64,000 nt of DNA. Origin: a virus. The stretch lies in the IMG/VR virus record IMGVR_UViG_3300029704_000004; one strand, 5' to 3'. A program made the position numbers and the translations under genes. This document shows, piece after piece, positions 30,401-35,399 of this stretch (the first letter of the stretch is position 1; every line of letters begins with the position of its first letter). The notes under the pieces are model-generated. The model was not told the DNA's origin. It did not search any database and saw only the letters and a list, made by a program, of their open reading frames with translations.

Positions 30401-31831
30401 CATCTTGATGCTGATACTGTTCTTAATAAGATTAGAGACTTTATGTATAGTCCTAATAGTATGGGTGAGCATTTCATGCAGAATGGTGCTATGTTTAGTA
30501 TGTTCTTTGATAATAGAATGGTTAAAGTTCCAGACGCTGAAAGTAATGGAAGACTTGGTTATGAAGCTATGACTTGGGAACAATATAAAAATAAGTTCCA
30601 CGAATATGCTATGAGAAATATTATTGGAGGTAATGAAGAACTTCTTAATAAATATGAAACATTTAAAAAGGATATTCTTGCTGACGATAATAAAAAGAAA
30701 GAGTATGTTTGGAATCGTAGAGATATTAATACTGAGTTTGCTAATCTGTATCTTACAAAGGAACAGAAGAAACAATTTATCACTGAAAAAAAGAAGCTTG
30801 AGAAAGAAGCTAAAGTTAAGTTTGAAGAACTTCCTACAGTAATGGACCAAGTTGACCTTAAAGATGGAAGACTTGCTTTTAAAGAAGGAAGTATTCTTGC
30901 TGAACTTCAAGCTAAATCTAAAGATAAAGAAGTAGGTGATGGTTATATGTTCCTTGGATATATGAAAGGCAAAGTTATTTCAGTTAATAAGAAGATTCAC
31001 GGAGTATATGATAAACTTGGTGCTGCTCAACTCGAAAAACAATGGTGGGGTTCATTAGCTATGCAGTATCATAAACATATTTATCCTGGAGTTATGAAAC
31101 ATTATCGTAGAAAAGGTTATTTCAATGAAGAAAGAGGAACTAAAGAAATAGGTTGTGCTCCTGCTTTATTTGATTTCCTTACTACTCCTATCAGAAAACT
31201 TAGATACGAAAAAGAAATGTCTGATGGTCAAGTAGAAGTATTGGAAAGTCTTCAGGTACTTCTTAAAGGTTATGCTGAGTTTGCAATGAATTTACAAACT
31301 AATTGGCAGTTAATGCCGAAATGGCAAAGAGCAAGTATTGAACGTGCTGCTGGTGATGTAGTTGGTGCTCTTGGTGGCATTTGTACTGCTCTTGCTGTTC
31401 GTTGTATTTGGGACGATGATGATTTAAAAAATAGTCTTTGGGGTAATCTTATGCTTTATGAAGCTGATGAGTTAACTACTCAGTCAATGATGTATAATAT
31501 GTTGTTCTTACCACAACAGTTTGACCAATTATGGTCTAGTCCTATTGCAGGTGTAACTGCTGGTAAAGATATAATGGCTGCTTGTAATAATATCGCTGCT
31601 TATGTAATGGATGACGATTATGACCCTAATTATACTAGCGGTCGTTATGCAGGTCAAAACAAGATTATTGTTAAACTTGGTCGTCAAATTCCAATTTACA
31701 GAAGTCTTAATAACCTTGCTACTCTTGATAAAGCTAATAGTTATTATAAGACTGGTGATAATCTTCTTACTTTGATTAATGTAAAAGATTGGGCTAATGA
31801 TATTAGAGGTACTAGTAGTCTAGAACGTTAA
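18422..31831 (+). CDS. giant virion-associated two-barrel DNA-dependent RNA polymerase-like protein
   Basis: Uninterrupted 4469-aa ORF. QTGSDFDIDSVYG places DFDID at 23177-23191 (residues 1586-1590), a DxDxD metal-binding signature of two-barrel RNAPs. Size and position match the giant RNAP genes of crAss-like phages. Confidence 0.75.
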   Translation: MANNCSLKFNETKVYTNLKAEVGNDDVLFNSLMSAVIDGSRPSGFNKEFETYYANNYGSIPNTNDESKEVATAIQNFYKNRNFNVNEHTTDSAFISDVKSKGYTSTAAKTCGIRTTGNLMLAFYHNDLIKGRLEEHAEDRKDNLANRVINRMLGAVATNILEARKVEATKEEIAKVRKQLMNTKSNDFVKLEDEVSKTTPQLRNQFATLKDMLSDKVKYFTQVIQTDDRLGEIRFKKDDDLSQQEADWSESFDIEDDDDLNLNNAADNASNNEKDTTTARWEDNGTKSDFMKDFSFAVRSYLSTIPKLSSTEVSADGKYQYDKSNPLGMVDYMDFKVVNSAIRGDIETTNIDAFLKKLEDIAKSNKEYAGLAYLANDLKKKPDFAYKLFQVYRRRTIRKQQVRIDDNSVSPTRSNNRADKLETLRINYLNDIKSTALNIMIEDTNDILGAIKTKIDDYKTLQKTKGFDLNKQALSADIINAIASRLKQYYPSLDKAAIERFARLNGKVDGKTPNIANNLTQLYGYLENTAKYANETLNNKRNLDNRFKEANKIKDKKAKKEALDSVREAYKQGYLSTNTKAYALELAKSLAPYSVVNIDSNSTNALGNQSADQINDSMITNFLNAVKATLTEQQKDGSKVSTELINYGKYKFQGVQYNLSGILMEHRDENGAVINYGLFYKDKDGNIQITNYARDMVNISLFDGAGNPNTKDNVLYSGMSKGDYVYTGFAQYFNTEQNPKMLMGDYFMRIPSDAPKNFVVHAPRYKVDGLFSKMHAIKNAKGEVIAKEVSVDDINENHPIVQQFRNIFKQELLDMVNFINIVFEVKENTETLEDGTVVDQRGRIVFNNDNTPMFKKGWGLDAESARRVFANYHIGKGHKHFIEKKGDGWAFNGLLFKDDRFVLTDYKTGTTTKYGDDLLKYLFPSLYGGARDGFIPFTTNANGEVELNLTADQEAMITRMVKGFVTDYSNNAITRMSEYKDLDINNLINEKNSIDFALNHRLMYIAFNDIFEGDTKFYKDTQTFLKRSKESQASGVPYGFVDTSLDLRENSTIIQGAFLNTPEVQSRLKAIGLDVQQKTKFNGITIKNTVRTSEECKVAKTYPDGKVEGEDGILVKDLVKNSKLTLEQARDLMGGPIMYDNNGKPKLNADGSYRRSGGFSNTTINDAQSYITFEEWIRRIAGRGQLNDYLPLIEAIQDESKEIPADLLKKFVQVQKNFYYDQYYDDKLNTIAPRQIKNAEFVLVPRFIRGTQLEQVYEAMKANKIDQLNTEETSKAGKARVLTIFDEKTGEVTEEHLKDFNNKAEDYREEYDYNHLYTQQETPQHMNAKNKAGIQIMKKILDNIDSNSPLHAYKEDFFNMYVANIKDSFNKLVDELKISLDEDGNIKFDESGNITGVDMQVFFDKLKDECMRLGLDSNMMDFVTLNASMPIAANGCPNPVMPTYLSNVVNKLESISQAMFNSAITRQELPGFHAAQITNVGFKATKDQVSYSKELKYHPNGERYIEIMLPASNFGFAKNADGTYKKSKEELLKELQDAGLDTLIGYRIPTEGKQSVCVMKVVGFLDDAQGSTIVVPDDWVSQTGSDFDIDSVYGIQYNTYIGRDGNIKRATWKDTVTENDWLNYVRRETGLRLSGIDNEKFENIKADAKASTKAEARDARKAEIAEIKNRFDEIESEAYFNLDDDTKEVIKLIHEKINEAYGPKPSKAKYQEQLEVEISTLTGRLEEFKDIYIEEELDAIKDYIEAKKQILNNVINGFELSDDFDYNAIKSEKIKSAIKAYKDEQLRLAKQIARSSRLLQFEAYKKKFDSDVIGNNTREARNNRLLDDMIHILQANESLEENLSRSNFESIIAARDKVMNPVVKEVREARSPYDFLDQAAYQEDVMSGAKLKAFSVTRDTFCSVCNTVHPHITDKYTIKVAYSKDKYNLEELQKRFEKVEETDEGYVVTHNTLGWTNDNKNVDGYILTAYSSQTTAHILDAVKEGAIPNVNDFTFAVYKTLADIGSNYDTAVGFIMQPAITKIVNAYNANKSIYSDKHNKPIEEAIRSLGKEILNTYHINTDKMNLGEIVARVNGLLGTKYSLDKHNDIILSPDELAKRLLNDKNRPVKVSIYQHDWGVLFAYNDLAKLSDKIGSTARVCNPDRFGAKQSIFATRKVFNDIADLIEDENPALVVGTSSIVNSIYAGYDPTKGLRSYITSNAKSAYPSLNAFLKYASAPSILVNRMLFDTEQDNFRIANRAIEVINGSNNVTEKDYKGFTQYILNAAYKQTDAVVNNYTYDVEKKQTIVNKEFDETDEALRIMGYGCTPDFTFNVKDVTNPTQEEVNAWSKLSPAQKISWLKSNSVDAGIFNYINTNLFNEYEMNRDGQSRQTIRFNEDAVDNETAYNLFDTAFSSDNPLVKLAAMDMVKYAFVAEGFKIGRGAINKCIKNTALRDENTFVQFNGARTSIIAQIKAQVDNAVSRTDLVEQYLRSDPGVSNVPHKFMNKKYSSMFETVTRGMYEFSLDDKDNAIEFGFARESNAEFVPIQFNNYIYITKKEGNESVTRLYKIVSPDLGSGIGFAYPLNGLEAGEDREVSINNANNSVPLPSYYEAVIDNLMNSEVADYTLDELNELYKKHVATTKVNKVKAVTHFDIMSDANNDNGGAKDAINKIIKTFNNYEGNRIFIQNMYLYGKTKYDSFTPPIHVEGETISNGGEPISINGNFLFRRATKVSIESHNIRTGEHIEEKPQLVEIVRETPMASSREEVTLGSASSKLEQSLRTTTDSFEKNIVKELNRRSGLGDIEAGKLMRQLRGEGFEQSTKGYKEFKDSVFYSGYAYLKHKVNSTLGKFSQFYRDENGNYFAINSPEVINVIKNNPALQRQFLETLADANAIVDKFGIINQIKADEIENPTLKFYIDEMQKMIKELSNSSIIDDAEVKFGLDYLQKLSNDPNIQNGLISIYDGFHSSGWLDAWFGDLQEQGNSLVQVVTRKVMADIRAKESQAKDFAVAFGKHFEDIKARAAKVGVSVDINKIFDKNGNIVRNYTDKFVEDIKELKRNVAKARVNVQENPMEYIQAKHKLDKFLLDHVNREYVDSYYQKLYDEDEFIINNHPQIYSEYVKLREAIRQINSRRIDGVLSKEFEDKLVELRTKINDLTSQFIGNEYKPAYEYGFPGTEQAPDGSIIVTNQEVYDNARKQSLNDAVQLDQYLRRIKDIKEEYTAKEEKEGFHDMLDKMLNIIDNAEVRDSNGKVTTPASQLDTNKEYKKAKEWIANNAHWSVDDVLKVRIEDAYKKLGITNFKASKARAFIKDKLAKGEQIYDEFGNIDASKFTNTEIAAIKEDVERNYGTTNTSLFSDRNLINSAEPTNEAAPSEFFKMLNSGGMTNPEYQEIITKINNITRKYYNSAAKIVETSKMSIEDLKSLGDLYDELDKTKKHKGKGSYDAYQAYSKYAKENVNEQAYYSEEDEAKKRTEPEFYTLWKRVNARYEVLRDKKGKIVIDETTGKAVYDLTKAPTPNHWLYTTIAPNDAYWEDLNKRDPKEAARQKKEVEDKTKAQEFLSNTLETINTPQYYKAKNAALAKGIAYYKEWYNNNHVYNPFTHAYEALPIWNRTRVIPSIDNGEYSPNWTQTTLTPKAHYKNPNYIEGYTDNENYKTVETDDKNGTTHVPGYDNNLGLNEYEQEAKQYIQDTLMSFAKTETAKRAIASGMAPHRAKKAEHDAKWAAKQAKEFIGFSDMLPSGKDSWYEKIDYSEDRTIDMPMLMTQLKNKESVDLDNIRSTKPKRETYASDEAYEKDLEAYQKRIDEAIKKNEEIHQKLLDRDYIGAIQDFISAAGHYNAIQDNKQLLFYTHRMLGKMKAYDTNLGWNNLRKDSQTSTSDETSYIEKVDTRLQEQFDNWVRRLVYDQYKIPQNKLTRTASMLQSFTSAKFMMLNITGGIGNITVGESAIAGEYIAKEYFTPTGWLKGKNMWRHAIPSFIRGMANEDSTTLADALVKFMNIVDFDEVNNRPTVHLDADTVLNKIRDFMYSPNSMGEHFMQNGAMFSMFFDNRMVKVPDAESNGRLGYEAMTWEQYKNKFHEYAMRNIIGGNEELLNKYETFKKDILADDNKKKEYVWNRRDINTEFANLYLTKEQKKQFITEKKKLEKEAKVKFEELPTVMDQVDLKDGRLAFKEGSILAELQAKSKDKEVGDGYMFLGYMKGKVISVNKKIHGVYDKLGAAQLEKQWWGSLAMQYHKHIYPGVMKHYRRKGYFNEERGTKEIGCAPALFDFLTTPIRKLRYEKEMSDGQVEVLESLQVLLKGYAEFAMNLQTNWQLMPKWQRASIERAAGDVVGALGGICTALAVRCIWDDDDLKNSLWGNLMLYEADELTTQSMMYNMLFLPQQFDQLWSSPIAGVTAGKDIMAACNNIAAYVMDDDYDPNYTSGRYAGQNKIIVKLGRQIPIYRSLNNLATLDKANSYYKTGDNLLTLINVKDWANDIRGTSSLER
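21193..21215 (+). repeat. GC-rich motif family, copy 5 (+), slightly divergent
   Basis: TTCTCTTTACGGGGGGGCTAGAG, translated SLYGGARD. Confidence 0.85.
24733..24756 (-). repeat. GC-rich motif family, copy 6 (-)
   Basis: Plus strand reads AAACCGCCCCGTAAAAGTAAGTAT, translated KNRPVKVSI. Confidence 0.85.
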
Positions 31832-31844
31832 ACATTAAATGGTT

Positions 31845-31870
31845 ATAGCCGCCCCGTAAAAGGAATGTAT
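31845..31870 (-). repeat. GC-rich motif family, copy 7 (-), intergenic
   Basis: Plus strand reads ATAGCCGCCCCGTAAAAGGAATGTAT, starting 14 nt after the RNAP stop codon. Confidence 0.9.
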
Positions 31871-31945
31871 GGTTCATAAGCATTAAATAAGTTTAATCGT
31901 AGTAAATTAATTGCCTTCAACTGTTGGAGATATAAATATTATTTG

Positions 31946-31953
31946 TATCTTTG
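31946..31953 (+). promoter_or_regulatory. Bacteroidetes-type -7 box TATCTTTG upstream of the tRNA
   Basis: Matches TAnnTTTG. The context GTATCTTTGCAT resembles GTATATTTGCAT at 8728. Lies in the loop of a 10-bp inverted repeat (31914-31923 / 31957-31966), about 74 nt upstream of the tRNA. Confidence 0.5.
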
Positions 31954-32026
31954 CATCAGTTGAAGGTTTTCTTGTTCTAAGCAAAATGGTTTTAAAGTTT
32001 TAATTAAAATGTATGCGAAACTTTAT

Positions 32027-32097
32027 TGCTCTATGGTGTAATGGTAGCACTACAGATTTTGGTTCTGTCAGTGGTGGTTCGAATCCGCCTAGAGTAA
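32027..32097 (+). tRNA. tRNA-Gln (anticodon UUG)
   Basis: Hand-folded cloverleaf. Acceptor TGCTCTA/TAGAGTA (one G-U pair). D arm GTGT-AATGGTA-GCAC. Anticodon arm ACAGA-TTTTGGT-TCTGT with TTG at 32059-32061. Variable loop CAGT. T arm GGTGG-TTCGAAT-CCGCC. U1-A72 is typical of bacterial tRNA-Gln. No encoded CCA. Confidence 0.8.
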
Positions 32098-32251
32098 CAT
32101 ATCTTTATTCTGTTGTTTAACAGATATTATTTTATTCATAATTAAAGTTTTAATGTATAAAGTTAAGTGATGGCTGATAATGTAATCCAATGCTGAACTA
32201 GCGAGTTCATTCTATTCTCATTTTTAAATAAATAAATTAACGGGAAATGAA

Positions 32252-32289
32252 GCAGTAAGTAATCGTGATGATTATTTACTGCTTTTTTT
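32252..32289 (+). terminator. intrinsic terminator
   Basis: 13-bp stem GCAGTAAGTAATC / GATTATTTACTGC (one G-U pair) with loop GTGAT, followed by TTTTTTT. Confidence 0.8.
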
Positions 32290-32556
32290 GTACTCAACAA
32301 AATGTGTTGAAACGTGTCGCCTAATGGATAAAAAAAAGAGTAACCTAACCTCACGGTCAAGCTACTCAAGTCAATGCTAAATTTTTAATCTGTGAACTAC
32401 AGCCGCTGCTGTAATAAATAACAAACAACATTATAAACGAATTTAAATCATTATAGTATATAATATGATATTATAGCAAGTATCAAATTTAATATTTCAA
32501 TTTCTTCTGTAAGCGGCTAATTAATTCAAGTAATATAATTAATCGAATCATATATG

Positions 32557-32707
32557 AAAGTCGCTCAGACGTTAAATAAACTGGGTTGTGGGCGTTTCCC
32601 ACGAGTGGCATAGTTTACTATCTCGTATGCCTGGAGACCGAAATAAGACGAGCAAGTATAATGATTAATTGAACTAGACTCAATTTATTTAGCGTCTAAG
32701 CTACTTT
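32557..32707 (+). ncRNA. candidate structured RNA domain closed by a 22-bp long-range helix
   Basis: 32557-32580 pairs with 32684-32707 (5 + 3 + 14 bp, two 1x1 mismatches, one U-G that is valid only on the plus strand). It encloses 103 nt of GC-richer sequence with local hairpins (GTGGG-CGTTT-CCCAC at 32588-32602, GGCAT/ATGCC). No credible ORF. Class unknown. Confidence 0.3.
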
Positions 32708-32794
32708 AGTGTTACGGCTGAACAATTATTCAGGAGATTAGAATCACCCTCGTATAGAGGATTTCAAAATGTAGGATGTGCCATATAGCTCAAC

Positions 32795-33052
32795 TTAATT
32801 AAAAGGAGCTTTAATTATATTACCATTTGCATCAAGATAAATAACACTGTCTGTAGAATAACCATCATTAGTGGTATCAACATCATTGATTTCATAATAA
32901 TCATCATTAATTCCACATGAATCTGTTGTATCTACAGGTTCTGTATTATTAGTATCTTTTCTATTGTTATATGAACATGCTACAAGAATAGATACTATAA
33001 TCGTTAATACAACGATAATATTTCTTCTATGTTTATTATAATTCTCATTCAT
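32795..33052 (-). CDS. small putative lipoprotein
   Basis: 85 aa. The N-terminal hydrophobic stretch ends in the lipobox-like LVAC (IIVVLTIIVSILVAC). Confidence 0.55.
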   Translation of the reverse strand: MNENYNKHRRNIIVVLTIIVSILVACSYNNRKDTNNTEPVDTTDSCGINDDYYEINDVDTTNDGYSTDSVIYLDANGNIIKAPFN

Positions 33053-33063
33053 TTTATTTAAAT

Positions 33064-33096
33064 AAAAACTCCTAGTACTTTCACAAGCACTAGGAG
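33064..33096 (-). terminator. intrinsic terminator (minus strand) with conserved TTTCACAAG-type loop
   Basis: 8-bp stem CTCCTAGT / ACTAGGAG. The plus-strand A5 run at 33064-33068 gives a U-run after the stem on the minus-strand RNA. Confidence 0.65.
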
Positions 33097-33142
33097 CAAC
33101 CGTTTAATTTTAAATTTTAGAAATATGAATATAATAATCAGT

Positions 33143-33412
33143 TTATAAATATAAATCTACATATCTTTGAATAACATTAACATGAGTACTACCAGTAAAC
33201 TTAAATGTTACTTCATCGTCTCTACTAAATACAACAAATGGATAATCAAAAGCACTATATTGATGAAGTATTCTTTTTGGAACATCATTAAAATCTTTGA
33301 TTTCAAGAGTTATATTTTTCTTCGATTTGGCTAGTACTGTCTGTACATTATTAATAAGAATTGTACAACCAAGACAATTCTTAGTCGTTATTATCAGGAT
33401 TTTTCTTTTCAT
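33143..33412 (-). CDS. thioredoxin/glutaredoxin-like small protein (CxxC)
   Basis: MKRKILIITTKNCLGCT... has the CxxC positioned as in a thioredoxin fold. The track start at 33445 is less likely than the internal ATG at 33412. Confidence 0.45.
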   Translation of the reverse strand: MKRKILIITTKNCLGCTILINNVQTVLAKSKKNITLEIKDFNDVPKRILHQYSAFDYPFVVFSRDDEVTFKFTGSTHVNVIQRYVDLYL

Positions 33413-33668
33413 CAATCTGATTGATTTTACTGTAATATTCACCATTCATAGTAAATGTTACATTTTCATTTTCAAGCATTATACGATAAGTTCTTTCAAG
33501 ATTCTTCAAATCTCTAAGAAGAAGAGAAAGATTACCATACGTTACTTTACTAATCTTTGGGTTGTTAGCTGCATTAGCAAGATGTTTCTTAACCTTGTCA
33601 ATTTCTACTACTGTTTCTGCATGACGATTAATCGTACGAGCTACCCAATTCTTTGTCATTTCTACCAT
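33381..33668 (-). CDS. hypothetical protein
   Basis: 95-aa ORF in the operon, with a non-repetitive charged composition. Confidence 0.5.
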   Translation of the reverse strand: MVEMTKNWVARTINRHAETVVEIDKVKKHLANAANNPKISKVTYGNLSLLLRDLKNLERTYRIMLENENVTFTMNGEYYSKINQIDEKKNPDNND

Positions 33669-33698
33669 AGTTATTTAAATTTTAAAATTAATAATTAA

Positions 33699-34298
33699 TT
33701 ATTTACTAGAACCTTTACCGAAACCTTTATCTCCTCTATCTGTTGTTCCAAGGTCTTCAAGAGTTCTAACTATATCCCAACAGATTTGTCTATGATGAGG
33801 AACTTTCATTTGTCCAATAACATCACCAACATTTGGTACACCAATAGCATCTGGTTTAAGTTTACGAAATACAATAAGTATTTCTCCTCTGTATGATTCA
33901 TCTATTGTACTAGGAGTGTTTTGATGAACAAGTTCAGTCTTTGTAAATCTACTGTTTGGGACAATGCTAATTTCATCACGATATTCAGTAGCTACATGAA
34001 TACCTGTATGACATACAATTCTTCCATCTAATTTAAACTCAATAGAAGTACAAATAACATCACAACCTGCATCTGTAGCATGACCATTACCATTATGGTC
34101 TTCGTCCATAAAATGAGCATATCCAGGAAGTTTAGCAGCTTCACTTTCAAGCCAAATTTTAACTGGAACAAAATCAATAGCTTGACGAAGAGCTTCTTTA
34201 AGTTCTTTTTCTGCCATTAATCTGTTGTCTGGAGTTTCTTTAAAAGCATTTGCATAATTAATAAATGCATCTGCAATACGATTACTTAATTGACTCAT
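33699..34298 (-). CDS. dut: dUTP diphosphatase (dUTPase)
   Basis: ATDAGCDVIC (AGxD-type motif) and STIDESYRGEILIVF (dUTPase motif GxIDxxYRGE). Confidence 0.75.
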   Translation of the reverse strand: MSQLSNRIADAFINYANAFKETPDNRLMAEKELKEALRQAIDFVPVKIWLESEAAKLPGYAHFMDEDHNGNGHATDAGCDVICTSIEFKLDGRIVCHTGIHVATEYRDEISIVPNSRFTKTELVHQNTPSTIDESYRGEILIVFRKLKPDAIGVPNVGDVIGQMKVPHHRQICWDIVRTLEDLGTTDRGDKGFGKGSSK

Positions 34299-34301
34299 AA
34301 T

Positions 34302-34778
34302 TTAATCATTTATATTATTACGTTGTTCTAAAATATCTTTTCTAAGCTTTTTAATACTACCACGATAAATATAATTATGATTTATAATATAAGTATTTTT
34401 AGGAAGCATATTATTAGGAATCTTATCATAAAGACGACCTATTACATCTAGTTCTACTAAACGTTTTATTCCTTTACTTATGTTACTTTTATCACAATTA
34501 TAATATGCAGCAATATCTTTATTACTTAAAGATATATGATTAACACCATAAGGTATATTCTTAGCTATATACCTAACTACTTTACGGACATAAGTATTTT
34601 CTTTATCCATTATTTCAAGTAGCGCATCATCTATAATTGCTTTATGTTCCATATAATATATGGTTTTACAATATTCAGTACCATCATCAGCCTTATCTTT
34701 AATTTTAAGACCTTTGAAGTCTAGAGAATAGTTATAATCAATACTATCTCTAGAAAGTTTATTAATTACATTATCCAT
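34302..34778 (-). CDS. winged-helix DNA-binding protein, putative transcriptional regulator
   Basis: IAAYYNCDKSNISKGIKRLVELDVIGRL resembles a MarR/wHTH recognition helix plus wing. An operator-like repeat field lies directly upstream. Confidence 0.5.
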   Translation of the reverse strand: MDNVINKLSRDSIDYNYSLDFKGLKIKDKADDGTEYCKTIYYMEHKAIIDDALLEIMDKENTYVRKVVRYIAKNIPYGVNHISLSNKDIAAYYNCDKSNISKGIKRLVELDVIGRLYDKIPNNMLPKNTYIINHNYIYRGSIKKLRKDILEQRNNIND

Positions 34779-34791
34779 ATCAATATCTTTT

Positions 34792-34885
34792 GTTTACTAG
34801 CTGTCGGCTAAGATACAAAAAAGTGGTGAAATATAACCACTTTTTCACAAAAATAGTTATATATAACCACTTTTAGCTAGTAAAC
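34792..34885. promoter_or_regulatory. operator-like repeat field in the leader of the wHTH gene
   Basis: 11-bp inverted repeat GTTTACTAGCT (34792-34802) / AGCTAGTAAAC (34875-34885). It brackets two direct copies of ATATAACCACTTTT (34831-34844 and 34861-34874, 30 bp apart) and one inverted copy AAAAAGTGGT (34818-34827). Confidence 0.5.
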
Positions 34886-34957
34886 TAATTGATTACCAGG
34901 TAGTTAGCTCCTATAATATATATATTATATATTAATGTTAGCTTTTATACCCTGCTA

Positions 34958-34965
34958 CAAAGATA
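34958..34965 (-). promoter_or_regulatory. Bacteroidetes-type -7 box (minus strand TATCTTTG)
   Basis: Minus strand reads ATGCTTATCTTTGTAGCAGG, an extended match to the boxes at 47798 and 59616. Confidence 0.6.
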
Positions 34966-35022
34966 AGCATTATTATCTATATCTCCAAGAGTTTTACTAG
35001 TTTTAATACTAGTTTAAGTATT

Positions 35023-35047
35023 CATGCCTTTTACGGGGGGGCTAGAG
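35023..35047 (+). repeat. GC-rich motif family, copy 8a (+), left arm of intergenic hairpin pair
   Basis: CATGCCTTTTACGGGGGGGCTAGAG. Confidence 0.9.
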
Positions 35048-35091
35048 TGGTTCTAACATAATAACATGTATCATTAAACCATCTAGTTGTT

Positions 35092-35118
35092 GTACCCCCC
35101 CCCGTAAAAGGTATGTAT
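35092..35118 (-). repeat. GC-rich motif family, copy 8b (-), right arm of hairpin pair, C9 run
   Basis: Plus strand reads GTACCCCCCCCCGTAAAAGGTATGTAT and abuts the stop codon (35118-35120) of the upstream minus-strand gene. Confidence 0.9.
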
Positions 35119-35399
35119 CAAATATTAATCAAATCTTTATCTAGTGCATTTATCCATTCTTTAGCATCTTCTTTATTATCAAATACTAAAGCTTCTGGAA
35201 CATTAGGAACACCTTTATTTTCATCAATCATAATAGTGTAATTTACAACACTTTGATTATTATCAGCATAACTAGTAACTGCACTAATTGTACCAATAAA
35301 GAATGTACCACTAATATAACTGAATGCTAGTACCTCATCACCAACTTTGTAATGAGGCACTTTAAATTGATTTTCTTTTCCACTAAAATTAACTTGCAT
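35118..35399 (-). CDS. hypothetical small protein (KVGD, SH3/KOW-like pattern)
   Basis: 93-aa ORF. VPHYKVGDEVLAF resembles other small proteins in this arm. Confidence 0.55.
   Translation of the reverse strand: MQVNFSGKENQFKVPHYKVGDEVLAFSYISGTFFIGTISAVTSYADNNQSVVNYTIMIDENKGVPNVPEALVFDNKEDAKEWINALDKDLINI

Noticed and set aside
31914-31966. The 10-bp inverted repeat after the RNAP gene as a classical intrinsic terminator.
   Set aside because: The 33-nt loop is far larger than in typical terminators. It is kept only as a possible regulatory hairpin around the tRNA promoter.
32027-32097. Possibility that the tRNA is a suppressor linked to the stop-codon recoding known in some crAss-like phages.
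   Set aside because: The anticodon reads UUG (a standard Gln decoder). All large genes, including the 4469-aa ORF, are open under the standard code with no in-frame TAG or TGA.
32163-32369. 68-aa minus-strand ORF in the junction region.
   Set aside because: It spans the strong plus-strand terminator hairpin, has no RBS or promoter context, and lies in a region better explained as non-coding structured DNA or RNA.
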